DNA of 60,680 nucleotides, counting the filler, from Hausera hauseri (lineage: Eukaryota), in NCBI GenBank assembly GCA_046269625.1. It is 12 parts of 12 records of this genome, joined end to end, with 100 filler letters (N's around TTAATTAATTAA, not from the genome) between each part and the next. Parts side by side here need not be neighbours in the genome. Positions count along the whole stretch, not along the records: positions 1 to 4,654 come from JBJURY010488464.1; positions 4,755 to 8,752 come from JBJURY010830305.1; positions 8,853 to 13,327 come from JBJURY010563339.1; 9 more parts are not named here. One strand, given 5' to 3'. A model generated the notes under the pieces. It had not been told where the DNA came from. It was given only the letters and a program-made list of their open reading frames with translations, and made no database searches. The position numbers were made by a program, and so were the translations under genes. Below are positions 1 through 10,949 of this stretch, piece after piece. Numbering within the stretch: the first letter of the stretch is position 1; each line of letters begins with the position of its first letter.

Positions 1-3000
1 TCCGCGTCGCTGAACACTGTTATGACTGGTTCTGTCTCTGATGAGAATAATAAGCTATTGTTTTTCGTAGTTTTGAGATATTTGATAATTCTTTTAACGG
101 CTTTCCAGTCCTTTTCACGAGGTTTTTCACATCTTCTGCTAAGTATATGTGTAGATGCAGCAATGTCAGGTCTTGTAAATGTAGAAATGTAAAGTAATGA
201 TCCAATAGCCTGTCTATATTTTCCATTTGATGGCAAAATATTTCCTTCTCCTGGAAGGTTATGGTAATTTGTTTCCATCGGCGTTGAAACTGGTTTTGCA
301 TCTTCTAATGAAAATTGTTTGATAAGTTGATCTATTTTATTTTGTTGGGATAACAAATAACTTCCATCGGACATCCTGGCAATTTCGATCCCTAAGAAAA
401 GTTTTGCTTCTCCAAGGTCTGAAATTTGATAGGTTTGTTTAATATTTTTAATAAATTTACGAATAGTTTCATCCTTTTCTGCGCTTATCAAAATATCATC
501 TACGTAAATAATGAGATGGATTAAGTCCGAATGTTCTTGTTTGGTGAATAGACAAGGATCTGATTTACTTTGTTTAAATTTCATATTTTCTAAGGTTTTC
601 TTTATTTCGTTGTTCCAGCATGTCGCTGCTTGTTTTAAGCCATATATTGATTTCTTTAATTTACAAACCTTTTCTTCCTGACCTTTTTCTTCAAATCCTT
701 CGGGCTGAATCATGAAAATTTCTTCTTCTAATTTTCCATACAAAAATGCTGTTTTTATATCTATGTGATGGACTTTATGCTTCCTGTATGCCGCACATGC
801 CAAGAAAGTCCTGATCGTTGTATGTTTCACGACTGGTGAGAAAGTTTCATCATAATCGATCCCATATCTTTGAGTAAATCCTTTGGCAACTAATCTGGCT
901 TTGTTTCTAATTTCTTCACCTTTTGCGTTATATTTTGTTTTGAAAATCCATTTATTCTTTACTGCGTGTTTACCCTTAGGTAGGTCAACTAAATCCCATG
1001 TGTCGTTTTCTTTTAGAGAATTCATTTCTTCTTTCATAGCAGCTATCCATTTTCGTTGTTGGAAACTCGGCAATTCCTGTACATCCGAAAAGGTTTCTGG
1101 ATCTTGATTCTTGAAATTATTTTCAACTTCTGCTTTGTATGACCAGCGGTTTGGAGGTATTCCTTTTGTCGATCTTGTAGATCGTTTCAGAATTTTTACC
1201 TTCTCCATTTTTTCGATCTGGCCTTTAGATACTGGGTTTTCTGTTTCTTCTGGAACATCGTTATTTTCTAATTTTATTTCTTTCTCAGGAGTATCTTCTG
1301 GATTTTCTTCAGTAAAGTTTTCATTTTCATTATGTTGATGAGGACGTATAATTTGAACTTCAGCGTTTCCGTTATTTTCCAAAAACTTAACGGTTCTGCA
1401 AATTTTAATTTTATCATCAGGAACCAGAATTCTGTATCCTGTACTTTTCGTGTCATACCCCATGAATATTCCTTCAATTGCAGTATTATCTAGTTTTCCT
1501 CTCTTTGATTTATGAATGTAAGCAAAGGCTTTGCATCCAAATACACGTAAATGTGAGAGAGTAGGTTTTCTTTTATTCCACATTTCATATGGAGTTTTAT
1601 TATGACACTTTGTGGGGACTCGATTTTGTATGTAATTTGCTGTTAATATTGCTTCTGCCCAATATTTATGAGCTAAACCGGAATCACTTAAGAGACATCT
1701 TGTCATTTCAACAAGTGTTCTATTTTTACGTTCACTAACACCATTTTGCGCAGGGCAATGGGGTACAGTTAGTTTATGTTGAATTCCGTGTTTTAAGAAA
1801 TATTCTTCTAACTCCTTATTTATATATTCCCCTCCATTGTCGCTTTTAATTATTTTGACTTTTCTCTTGAATTTATTGTTTGTGAGTGCAACGAATTGTT
1901 TTAATTTTGAAGTTACTTCATTTTTTCTCTTCATCAAATAAATCATAGTGAATCTGCTATAATCGTCCACGAAAGTCACGAAATATAAATTTCCACTGAC
2001 TGACGGTGTTTGAAAAGGTCCGCATACATCTGTATGAACAAGATCAAGCGGTTTCGATGATCTATATTCAGATTCTTTGTTATATGGAAAATCGCTTAAT
2101 TTACTTTTTATACATTGTGTGCATGTGTCGTTATGATTACAATTATCCAGATTTATTCCATCTGCGAGCTCTTTATTTTTAAGTTGTTTAATTGACTCAA
2201 TATTTCTATGACCTAGGCGTCTGTGCCAAAGTTGAATGCAATTTTTATTTTTACATTGAAAAGCTAAATTTACTGACGGTTCATCTTGGTCAATTGGTTT
2301 AATTTCGTAGAGGCTATTTGCATCACATTCTAAAACAGTTCTGTTGTCTTTTGCGATCTTACATTTATTCCCTTCAAAAAGAACTGAGAGACCTTTTTCT
2401 GTTATTTTCTTTACAGAGATTAAATTTGTTTTTAATTCAGGTACGAATAATACATCTGATAATATAACTTGTGCGATTTCTTTGTTTGGATTTAGAGTAT
2501 CAAAACGAACTGTACCTATTCCAGTAGTGCTTAATTTTGATCCGTTAGCTATAATTATATTTGAAGGATTTTTAGTTTTAAATTCAGAGAAATATTTCAT
2601 ACTGTTTACTAAATGATTACTGCAGCCACTATCAATAATGAAAGAATTTGTTTGTTGTTCCACTTCGTTGCTAGACAACGCAATTTGTTGCTCATTTTTA
2701 CTCACGGAGCCATTTTCGCATTTTTCAAGAGATACCTTTTCTGTTTTCACTTTATTCGTTGCTAGGTTACACGCGTTTCTGTTCTGGTTAGATTTAGAAT
2801 TTATAATGGCTTTATTATTATTATCATATGATGATATTTTATGATTAATGCGACCATATACCTTTTGTTTTGGCTTAGAGTTTAAATAAAAACACTCAGA
2901 CCTATTGTGATTATTTCGATGACAATAGGTACAATATTTTTCTTTCTTAGGTCTGTCTCGGAATAAAGCTTTAAATGCTTTTGATTCTGAGGAGTTATTT

Positions 3001-3557
3001 TCATTTTTCTTGTTAAATTCATCAATTAATTTACCTTTAATAAATTCGGGGGTTAATTCAATTTCTGGTCTTGCTTCGAGAGCGGTTATTAACGTATCAT
3101 AAGATCTCGGCAAGGAGCACAAAAGTAGGGCTGAAATATGATCATCTTTTATATTTTCACCTATTGCCTTTAATTTATCTATTAATTCAAATAATACATT
3201 TAAGTGGTTTTGCATGTCGCCATTTTCATCTAACTTTAAACTATAGAGTTTTCGTAAAAGAAACAGTTTACTTGACAAATTTGACCTTTCATGTACCTGC
3301 CTTAATTTTTCCCAAGTAGCTTTAGCTGATACTTCATATTTTACATGAATTATTTGATTATCTTCAATAAATAAATTTATCATTGCACGACACTGTCGAT
3401 CTTTTTTATTCCATTTTTCTGTTAATGGATTTGGAGGTTCATCTTCGATTACATCGTAAAGATCTTCCTTAATTAATAACATTTGCATTTTAAATTTCCA
3501 GGTCGAATAGTTACTTGAATTTAGTTTAACTATTTGTGACTGGTTTGACAGCATCAT
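1..3557 (-). CDS. Copia gag-pol polyprotein (gag, protease, integrase, RT); runs off the contig start and continues at 4577
   Basis: Manual translation from ATG 3557: MMLSNQSQIVKLNSSNYSTWKFKMQMLL; knuckle CTYCHRNNHNRSEC (2892-2933); protease FIIDSGCSNH (~2630); LWHRRLGH; integrase VHTDVCGP, SDNGGEY, QNGVSERKNRTL; RT YVDD (495-506). Missing from the ORF track because it has no stop inside the window. Confidence 0.93.
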   Translation of the reverse strand, partial: MMLSNQSQIVKLNSSNYSTWKFKMQMLLIKEDLYDVIEDEPPNPLTEKWNKKDRQCRAMINLFIEDNQIIHVKYEVSAKATWEKLRQVHERSNLSSKLFLLRKLYSLKLDENGDMQNHLNVLFELIDKLKAIGENIKDDHISALLLCSLPRSYDTLITALEARPEIELTPEFIKGKLIDEFNKKNENNSSESKAFKALFRDRPKKEKYCTYCHRNNHNRSECFYLNSKPKQKVYGRINHKISSYDNNNKAIINSKSNQNRNACNLATNKVKTEKVSLEKCENGSVSKNEQQIALSSNEVEQQTNSFIIDSGCSNHLVNSMKYFSEFKTKNPSNIIIANGSKLSTTGIGTVRFDTLNPNKEIAQVILSDVLFVPELKTNLISVKKITEKGLSVLFEGNKCKIAKDNRTVLECDANSLYEIKPIDQDEPSVNLAFQCKNKNCIQLWHRRLGHRNIESIKQLKNKELADGINLDNCNHNDTCTQCIKSKLSDFPYNKESEYRSSKPLDLVHTDVCGPFQTPSVSGNLYFVTFVDDYSRFTMIYLMKRKNEVTSKLKQFVALTNNKFKRKVKIIKSDNGGEYINKELEEYFLKHGIQHKLTVPHCPAQNGVSERKNRTLVEMTRCLLSDSGLAHKYWAEAILTANYIQNRVPTKCHNKTPYEMWNKRKPTLSHLRVFGCKAFAYIHKSKRGKLDNTAIEGIFMGYDTKSTGYRILVPDDKIKICRTVKFLENNGNAEVQIIRPHQHNENENFTEENPEDTPEKEIKLENNDVPEETENPVSKGQIEKMEKVKILKRSTRSTKGIPPNRWSYKAEVENNFKNQDPETFSDVQELPSFQQRKWIAAMKEEMNSLKENDTWDLVDLPKGKHAVKNKWIFKTKYNAKGEEIRNKARLVAKGFTQRYGIDYDETFSPVVKHTTIRTFLACAAYRKHKVHHIDIKTAFLYGKLEEEIFMIQPEGFEEKGQEEKVCKLKKSIYGLKQAATCWNNEIKKTLENMKFKQSKSDPCLFTKQEHSDLIHLIIYVDDILISAEKDETIRKFIKNIKQTYQISDLGEAKLFLGIEIARMSDGSYLLSQQNKIDQLIKQFSLEDAKPVSTPMETNYHNLPGEGNILPSNGKYRQAIGSLLYISTFTRPDIAASTHILSRRCEKPREKDWKAVKRIIKYLKTTKNNSLLFSSETEPVITVFSDA

Positions 3558-3709
3558 TTTTCAAGATAACTTTATTTATTTTAGCACTTGTATTGAATTA
3601 AAGAAAATTCTTAATACAGTTCTATCAAAATATCTTAAATAGATTCAATTATAACATAAAATAGGATAGCAAATATTTTCAGTTTCATAACATTCGTTTA
3701 AAAGCAAAC

Positions 3710-3724
3710 TCAGTCTCATAATCT
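3710..3724 (-). promoter_or_regulatory. Primer-binding site complementary to the elongator tRNA-Met anticodon arm (half-tRNA type)
   Basis: Minus-strand AGATTATGAGACTGA starts 1 nt after the LTR end. The plus strand TCAGTCTCATAATCT matches the anticodon stem-loop of eukaryotic elongator tRNA-Met(CAT). Confidence 0.75.
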
Positions 3725-3725
3725 T

Positions 3726-4114
3726 TGTTGGAGGGGTGTATTTTGATTTTGTAATTTATTATTATCGGTAGCTTCAGTATATTTAATCAGGATAAAAACC
3801 AAAAAAGAACTTTTAGGTGTTACATAAGTAGAGTTTGCAGGAAACACTGAAAAGAGTCAAATACTAACCAAAACGTTTTATATATATATTTGTGCATACA
3901 TAGCAATATAATTGAAGAAATAAATCATACATACATATCATCTAAGCGAAGAAAATCGCTGATTTTTATTTCTTCATCACAATTTACCAAACGACATTTT
4001 TGCTTCACATTTTTGGAGAGAGTTTATTAAGGTGTTGCCACACCTTTTTGAAAAAAAGAGGTTGATGTTTTTAGAGCGAAAAGGTTATTGAAATTTGAGG
4101 CGTTGAAGCTAACA
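3726..4114 (-). repeat. Copia LTR (389 bp, TGTTAG...CCAACA)
   Basis: TG...CA ends with an imperfect terminal inverted repeat, flanked by the PPT on one side and the PBS on the other. Confidence 0.85.
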
Positions 4115-4654
4115 TTCCCCCGGTTTCGCGAGAGAAACTTCAACAAGGTTTATGCCTTGTCGGCAGAATTCGAATTTAGCTTTTGGTAATGGCTTCGTCA
4201 TGATGTCGCCTAACATATCTTCACTCGGCTGGTACACTAATTTTATTATATTTTTGCTGTGTAGATCACGAACATGGTGATGCTTTGTATCAATGTGCTT
4301 TGTACGAGTGCTGTATTTTTCAGATTCTCCCAATTTTATTGTTGACTGGTTGTCTTCAAATACTTTTATTGGTAGGCTTTGTTTTAAATTTAACTCTTCA
4401 ACAAGTTTTAACAACCATGATAATTCCTGTAAAGATTGTGATAGGGCAACATATTCTGCTTCAGCTGATGATAAAGACACGCATGTTTGTTTCTTTGATG
4501 ACCATGTTATACAACTATCACCTAGAAAAATTAGGTTTCCTGAGGTTGATTTTCTATCATGTTTGTCTTGTGCCCAATCCGCGTCGCTGAACACTGTTAT
4601 GACTGGTTCTGTCTCTGATGAGAATAATAAGCTATTGTTTTTCGTAGTTTTGAG
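4109..4654 (-). CDS. C-terminal RNase H part of the same copia polyprotein
   Basis: FSDADWA..DRKSTSG...SSAEAEYVAL...EDNQS...KHID.KHH. In frame with 1-3557 across the 77-nt overlap; the joined ORF is 4026 nt (1341 aa). Confidence 0.93.
   Translation of the reverse strand, partial: LKTTKNNSLLFSSETEPVITVFSDADWAQDKHDRKSTSGNLIFLGDSCITWSSKKQTCVSLSSAEAEYVALSQSLQELSWLLKLVEELNLKQSLPIKVFEDNQSTIKLGESEKYSTRTKHIDTKHHHVRDLHSKNIIKLVYQPSEDMLGDIMTKPLPKAKFEFCRQGINLVEVSLAKPGEC
4115..4126 (-). promoter_or_regulatory. Polypurine tract
   Basis: AAACCGGGGGAA immediately precedes the LTR start TGTTAG. Confidence 0.7.
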
Positions 4655-4754
4655 NNNNNNNNNNNNNNNNNNNNNNNNNNNNNNNNNNNNNNNNNNNNTT
4701 AATTAATTAANNNNNNNNNNNNNNNNNNNNNNNNNNNNNNNNNNNNNNNNNNNN
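4655..4754. other. Artificial contig linker (first of 11)
   Basis: N44-TTAATTAATTAA-N44, a six-frame stop linker. Identical linkers at 8753-8852, 13328-13427, 22508-22607, 26914-27013, 31814-31913, 37029-37128, 41366-41465, 45644-45743, 49696-49795 and 55812-55911. Adjacency across linkers has no biological meaning. Confidence 0.98.
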
Positions 4755-7700
4755 ACACCAGAAATCGATCCATTCACACCTACTGAGGAAAAGGAATCAA
4801 CAGATTCGGTTAATGAAATCAACGAGATTTGTCCACTTCCTATTAGTGAGGAAGAAACGGAAGATATTGGTGATTTTGATCCAAAGAAATGGAAAGTTCG
4901 ACGTTCGTGGAAAAACGCCAATGAGTTAAAGAAAATGATAATTAGGTGTCACGACCCAGAAATACTACAGCGAAATTTAGAAAGGCTTAAACAGATTAGC
5001 GAACAAGTAGATATAACCGGAAAAGAACAACAGTATGCTGAGAGGTTATATAAAAGTCTAAAATTATGCAGCGAAGGAAAACTCGATGAAGCAATCAACC
5101 TGGACAACCCGAAGAGGTATCCACTGAGACGATGTCAAAATGGAAGCAAGAATTAAAATCATGGATTAAAAGTGGAGTCGAATTTTCCGAAGGATGGAGC
5201 AGAAACGAAGACAGCGTCGAAGTAAAAGTCACTAAAGCTCAGACGCTATTGTCTACTTTAGAAGCAAACCCAAAATTGAAGAGAATAGTACGCAATCTAG
5301 AGCGCACGATGGATGAAATTCGTTATGCAATGATTAATCGGCTTAGAGAAAAAACAGTTAGTAATCGAAGTAATATCGATTTAGAAATATTGGGTATAGA
5401 CCCAAAAGATATTCTTCCCTTGATGAAGATAATAAAAATCGCATTTGCTGTACCCAAACAATATACAAACCTAGAAAATCGAATCAAAATAGAAAATGTA
5501 AAGCGAGCACAGATTTATAGCTTGAGAAACCGAATTATTTTCCCAAATCACGAGTAGACTCAATACGTAGTAAAGGCTTGTATCATAGAATTGGACGAAT
5601 ATAAGGACGAGTTTAGTTATGTCAGCTGGATTATGAACTTCATAAAAGGGTCAGATGATGAGTTAAAAGGTGCATATAAAATGCTAGATAAGGCTATAAT
5701 CGCAAAGCCAATAATCGCCAACCAATTGTCAGAATGATCCGAATTAGTAACTCGACTAAGTAAATTAGTGGAAAACCGTAGGAAAGAATTTCCAGAAAGC
5801 GAGCCTTCTATAAAAAAACAGTTAGAAGAAAGTTCATGTAACCTAGACACAATAAAGACGGAGATAGATATCCGAATTCAATTTGAAGCATTACGACGAC
5901 TAAAATTTATGAAGAAGAAACAAGAAGCGACGATACTGGAAGAGATTTATAAAATGGTCGAAGAGACAAACTTTACAGAAAAGTGAAATATGACTTGCAA
6001 TTTTTACCAAAGATTGAAAAATGTCAGACTAGAAGAAGTCCAACATTTAACAGATAAACATATCTATGAGATCTCCGCCCAAGATATTGAAACACTAGAT
6101 ATTTGTCCGAAATATCAAGTCGCTTTGACGGACGCAATAAAATTTTTGCATAAAGCACAAGACTGGATGGCCGGATCAGGTCGGAATTTTTATACCGAGT
6201 TGACAAAGATAAGAGATGACCAACATCTTAGTTTTCAGGAAAATAGGTTCGTAAAGAAATTGTTGAATGCAATGGATCCCCACACAAAAGTCATAAATGA
6301 AATGTATGGGTTGGCAAACTTATTGGTAGAAATGGCAGAGATTAATGATGAGAATATGAGGCAATTGATGCCCAAATTACAGCAAGTAGAAGAAACGTGC
6401 ATCAGAACAAAACAAAGAGCAACAAGATTAGATGAACTAACAAAAGAGCTTGAAAGATACCGGAATAAATACGCCTTTACGGAATCAGATATCAAAAATA
6501 AGCAAGAATTTGTACAAAGATGGCAAAGGGATGTGATTATTGAACTAATAGATTATCACCAAAAAGGACTCATCAATTCTAATTAATTAGGCGAATTACT
6601 GAAAATGATTCAGTATTTCTGTGAAAACAGAATAGGTTTCCGAACTACGCAGATGAAAAAAATACAACCAAGATTGAAAGAGATTAGAGAAAATGTGCAA
6701 AGAACAAATACAGCCTTAGTGGGCTATGGACTTCCAGATGTTGGGAATGAACCGGAATGGTATGCGTATTTAGATGCGATGACGGCAGAGAAGCCCGTGA
6801 CTCCAGTACAGCTAAATGAGATAGAAACATGTCCGCAGAACAGGAGGTTTAATGTGGAGATGCTCCTGGATTCAGAGCTAACTGAAAAAGATTTAATCGA
6901 ACTAATTAACGTAAATATTACTGAAGGTAAGTTAAGGCAACTTATTCCTACATTAACTAAATTATCTAGTGAGAATACGATTTACAGCACGATGCCAAAA
7001 CTTTTGATAAGAGAATACTCTAAAATATTGAGGGCTAAACCTGAAGTAGGGATAAAAGTAATGGTATCGTCCGAGTGGATAGACGAAAAAGAATGTGAAT
7101 TAACTACATATTCCTATGTGAGAGACGTAAGAGAATGGTTATTAAACAATGGCGGAACGAATGAGCTAAATTATAGATTTTATTTCAGAGGAAGGATACT
7201 TGATGGTTTAGAACAATTAATAGATGTCGGGATTATACCCGATAAAACAAATCGAATAGTAGTAATAACAGCCAATGAACAAACTAAAAAAGAAACCGCG
7301 AGTAAGGCTAAAACAGAACAATGCGTAGGACAAATTATGGGTGTTCGAGACGCTGCAATATTTTTTGAGTATTTGCAAACGGGCGAAGATAAGGAACAAT
7401 ACGATATAAATTTAGTACCACTGAGTGAAATAACAACAAAAGGCCCAAGGCCGAAACGCACAGTTGGTAGGCCTAAAAAGACGCGAGAAGAAGTCGATTA
7501 CAATGGAGAATTGATCAGAGAACTAAGACAGATGTCGATTCCGACTTTCAGTACAAACAATGAGGAATTAAGCGAGTTAATGAAGAATTTAATACAAATT
7601 GTAAATTATTTAAGCCTTCGAGGTGATATATTAAATGATAAAGAAAAGATAATATTCGATGCAGCTAGAATGATGAGAAGTTAACGTTTTAAACTATCGA

Positions 7701-7993
7701 AAAGTAACTTAACGGATGAATCGGTAATCGAGATGATCATGGTAGAAAACACCAATGAAGAATTGAGAAAAGTATTACTATACTTAGCAATTAAAATAAA
7801 CCCTAATCGGGAGAATTAAATTAATAGGGCTATAAGCTTAGCGCAAAAAGCGGCAAGAAGACTGCTCTGCAAAGTAAATTGGTCAAAACTGTTTGACAAG
7901 GAAGAAGACAGACGGACTAGTAATAAACTTGACAACATGTTACGTAATTTAACAACGGCGGATGTTGGCTATCGGAAAAATGAATCAAACTGA
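4755..7993 (+). pseudogene. Large accessory protein (ORF X) of an env-bearing Ty3/gypsy element, copy A
   Basis: Track ORFs at 5132, 5768, 5990, 6605 and 8093 share one frame, broken only by point stops, plus one frameshift near 5120. Colinear with 56587-59830 (-). Contains a ubiquitin-like segment at 7052-7270. Confidence 0.8.
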
Positions 7994-8752
7994 TTAATTA
8001 GCCTACTGACCTTGATGATGCTAATAAAGCACATAAGCGCTGTTACCGTTAACGACTGAGATAAGTTTAAACTAGGGCAGAGATATTCCCTAATGGATCT
8101 GGAAGTGTGCGAAGATGCCAGACCACACAATTTGGAAACAAGAGAAAAAAATTACTTCCTGTACCAACAACAAGAACTGATATCGTTAAATGGAACGGAA
8201 TGCATGCTGAGACGATTGCGAAGCATTTTTTACTGTGGGCTAATACACGGACATTCCTCTATAATCAAGCCAACAACTCCGCTAATCCCAATGAACTTAG
8301 AACGCCAACACTGCAAACAACTTATGGAGACTTGAAGGATACAATGGACTGTATGCAATTAGAAATGCAACCGGGAGAGATGATTAGGGCATACAAAGTA
8401 GTGGTTGGAAGGTTAGATATGCATTGCGGACATTGTTACGGAGCTGAATACGACACCGGAAAAGGATTGCAAGCAAATGTGGTAGTCGTGGATTTCTACG
8501 AATCGGAGATGCGACCACAGAAAATAATGTTCCATAGTATCACTAAGTTATATACTGAGAATCATAAATGTCATTTACAAGACGGAACCTATGCTTTTAG
8601 AAGTTCTGTTATAATATGGGTACCTCCCTCTGGAAGAAGTTGCAATTTTATTAAAATTAAGGAACTGAAGTTTAATTAAACGACCGGAAAGCGATACGTG
8701 GATAGATTGGATACAAACTCAAGGACATGCGAAGACGTATCGGAACACTCTA
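7994..8752 (+). pseudogene. Chuvirus-like (class III) fusion glycoprotein N-terminal part, copy A
   Basis: Hydrophobic signal LISLLTLMMLI, then (Y/N)D(C/stop)...YSLMDLEVC...LYQQ...ECMLRR..IFYCGLIHGHSS. Frameshift near 8330; truncated by the contig end. Confidence 0.75.
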
Positions 8753-8852
8753 NNNNNNNNNNNNNNNNNNNNNNNNNNNNNNNNNNNNNNNNNNNNTTAA
8801 TTAATTAANNNNNNNNNNNNNNNNNNNNNNNNNNNNNNNNNNNNNNNNNNNN

Positions 8853-10300
8853 TCCGGTAGGTAGTATCGTGAGATTTCCTCAATTCGCCGACTGAGTCTA
8901 CATGTCCGGTTGTTTTCTCGCCCTTTTAAATTCGTGACAGCTTTATGGCCGGTAACAATAATGATTTTCTGCCCGTATACCTATACGTTAAAGTATCGTA
9001 GTGCTTCTTTTACAGCTAATGTTTTTAATTTTGTAACGGAATAAGTCTTCTTGGCTTTTTTTAACGAACGTCCTCCATATACAATTGATTGTTCCATTTC
9101 TTCATTTTCTCGCTTCTGATCTATTTGATATCCAATAACTTCTTTACCGACATCCGTCTTAATTATGAATGGCAAGTTAAACTCCGGGTATCATAAAATT
9201 GGTTCGCTTATTAAGATCTTTATTTCGTCGAAGGCTTTCTGTTCTATATCCGTCCTTTTCCATTTAATTCCTTTATTAAGTAAAAGATACAACAATGAAT
9301 TTACTTTTCAGTTGTCTGCTATATAAGTGGCGTATTATCCGCATAAACCTAGCTAGTGTCGTAACTCTTTCTGATTTTGTGCCTCCATGCAATCTGATAT
9401 TTTAGTCAGCAATGATTTATCTCGTTTTATCCTCCTTTTCCAACTATATGGCCAAGGTAGGGTACTGCGTTTTGAGCCAATATACATTTCTTGGAGTTTA
9501 GCTTTTATCCTGCTTGTTCTAATAGCATCAGTGTATCTTCGATATCCCTTAAATATTCTTCTGTTTTGAAGCTATCACTACGCCATCTAAGTATGCAAAT
9601 GCATGATCTAGTACCATCAGTATTTTATTCAACATTCTTGTAAAAACGGCTGGTCCGGTAGTAATATCAAACGGCATAGCATTAAGCTCATAAACAACAT
9701 CGGGCGTTTTTAACGCTGTTTTATTGCATTCTTCATCATTCATTTCTACTTGCCACTGTCCGGATTGTAAATCCCGAGTAATAATCCATTTTGCTCCAGA
9801 GAGCCTATCTAGAGCTTCTTTCACTGATGGCAGTGGGAAAGAATCTTTCATCATCAGATTATTCAATTCTCTATAATTAATGCAAAATCTGTGTTTTGCG
9901 CTACCTTTCTTTTTAACCCTAAGGATTGGCTTTTATTGACCCAATCTCTATTAGTTTTAGTGCTTGCAAGTCCATTGCTACGTTTGGTAGTCTTTTCAAT
10001 AGATCGCAGCCTAGAACTACATCGTCGGTTAATTGTTCCATAATTGCAAATTTGTGACGAAAAACTGTCCAACTGTGTGAACTTCTGTGTTCCATATAAA
10101 CATCGGTTTCAACATTTGGTCAAAGATTTCTGTGCTACCGGGATACTTCGTTGATGGTGGATACAACTATCCTCTTAACGTTTGAGAAATTGAATCATTT
10201 TTGATGCAAGACATCTTAGAACCTGTGTCGATTAGGGCGTAAACTTCCTAGTTTTCGATAGTGACTTTGGTGAAGGGTTTTCCTTATATTACCGTTTTGT
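8853..10300 (-). pseudogene. Ty3/gypsy pol (protease, RT, RNase H), decayed, copy B
   Basis: VYALIDTGSKMSCI (DTG at 10221-10229); RT DSFPLPSVKEALDRLSGAKW...MPF...FAYLDG; RNase H PFIIKTD...IVYGGRSL...YSVTKL.TLAV. Confidence 0.9.
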
Positions 10301-10949
10301 AACAATTGGTTGCCGCTATTTGGCGCTTAGTTGCCAATATTTTGTGACGGCTCATTCTGATTTTTGTGGAGGATACTATTTTTTCAGACCGTTATCTTAG
10401 TTCTCCATTTGAATATAGTATATTGTTCTCTATGTTTGATTCTAGATTTGTACTTCATTACCACTGATTAATGGTTTTTAATCATTCACATGTGGCTCTA
10501 TACTTGAAAAGTTTGTAACCTTTGATTTTCCACACGGGTTGTCTGGTTTCTATATTTCGATGTTCTCTATGGGAATATGACATTCTAGGATCGTCCGTAG
10601 GCTGTAGATAAAACATTCTTCGTAGGTATACGTAATGTTTCGTACCTTCGTAAGGGTCCGCCAGACTAATCGTTCTCTTATAGATTTATGTTTGATACGA
10701 ACCCATCGATTGCTTATCACAGTCTTCGTAGACGGTAGGGGAAGGGAGTAACATGGGCAATGCTGCCTTTATGATGGAATATGCATGATGTGTATCTATT
10801 TTAGAGAGGGCTTCTCCTCTCATAGGCTTCTCATCATATGAAATATTCATTAGCTTTTTGGGTTCGAGAAGCTTTCACATGTACAAAAATATATGTTTCC
10901 TTTTTCGTTTGCGATCGCGATAGTCGACGTGACATTCTACAATTATTTT

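Larger units (their letters stand above)
1..4654 (-). mobile_element. Ty1/copia LTR retrotransposon, circularly permuted, single LTR, apparently intact
   Basis: Domain order gag-PR-IN-RT-RH. LTR, PBS and PPT are present. Positions 1-77 are identical to 4578-4654. Confidence 0.95.

Noticed and set aside
883-3319. Plus-strand short ORFs over the copia element, and similar antisense ORFs over other elements
   Set aside because: Shadow frames of the real opposite-strand coding sequence, with no recognisable motifs.
4699-4710. Recurrent TTAATTAATTAA motif as a biological site
   Set aside because: Always centred in identical N runs, so it is an artificial linker. ORFs that include X residues cross it and are artefacts.
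7240-7290. Ubiquitin-fusion cleavage site
   Set aside because: No Gly-Gly follows the UBL in either copy.
8700-8900. Copy A env directly adjacent to pol as a single element
   Set aside because: They are separated by a linker and lie on opposite strands of different contigs. The env-pol order is argued only from 8853-13170.
8853-10300. BEL/Pao (Anakin-type) identity of the env-bearing element
   Set aside because: The RT and RNase H motifs (FPLP, DL.SG.WQV, KTA..TP, MPF, YLD, F...TD) are Ty3/gypsy type.
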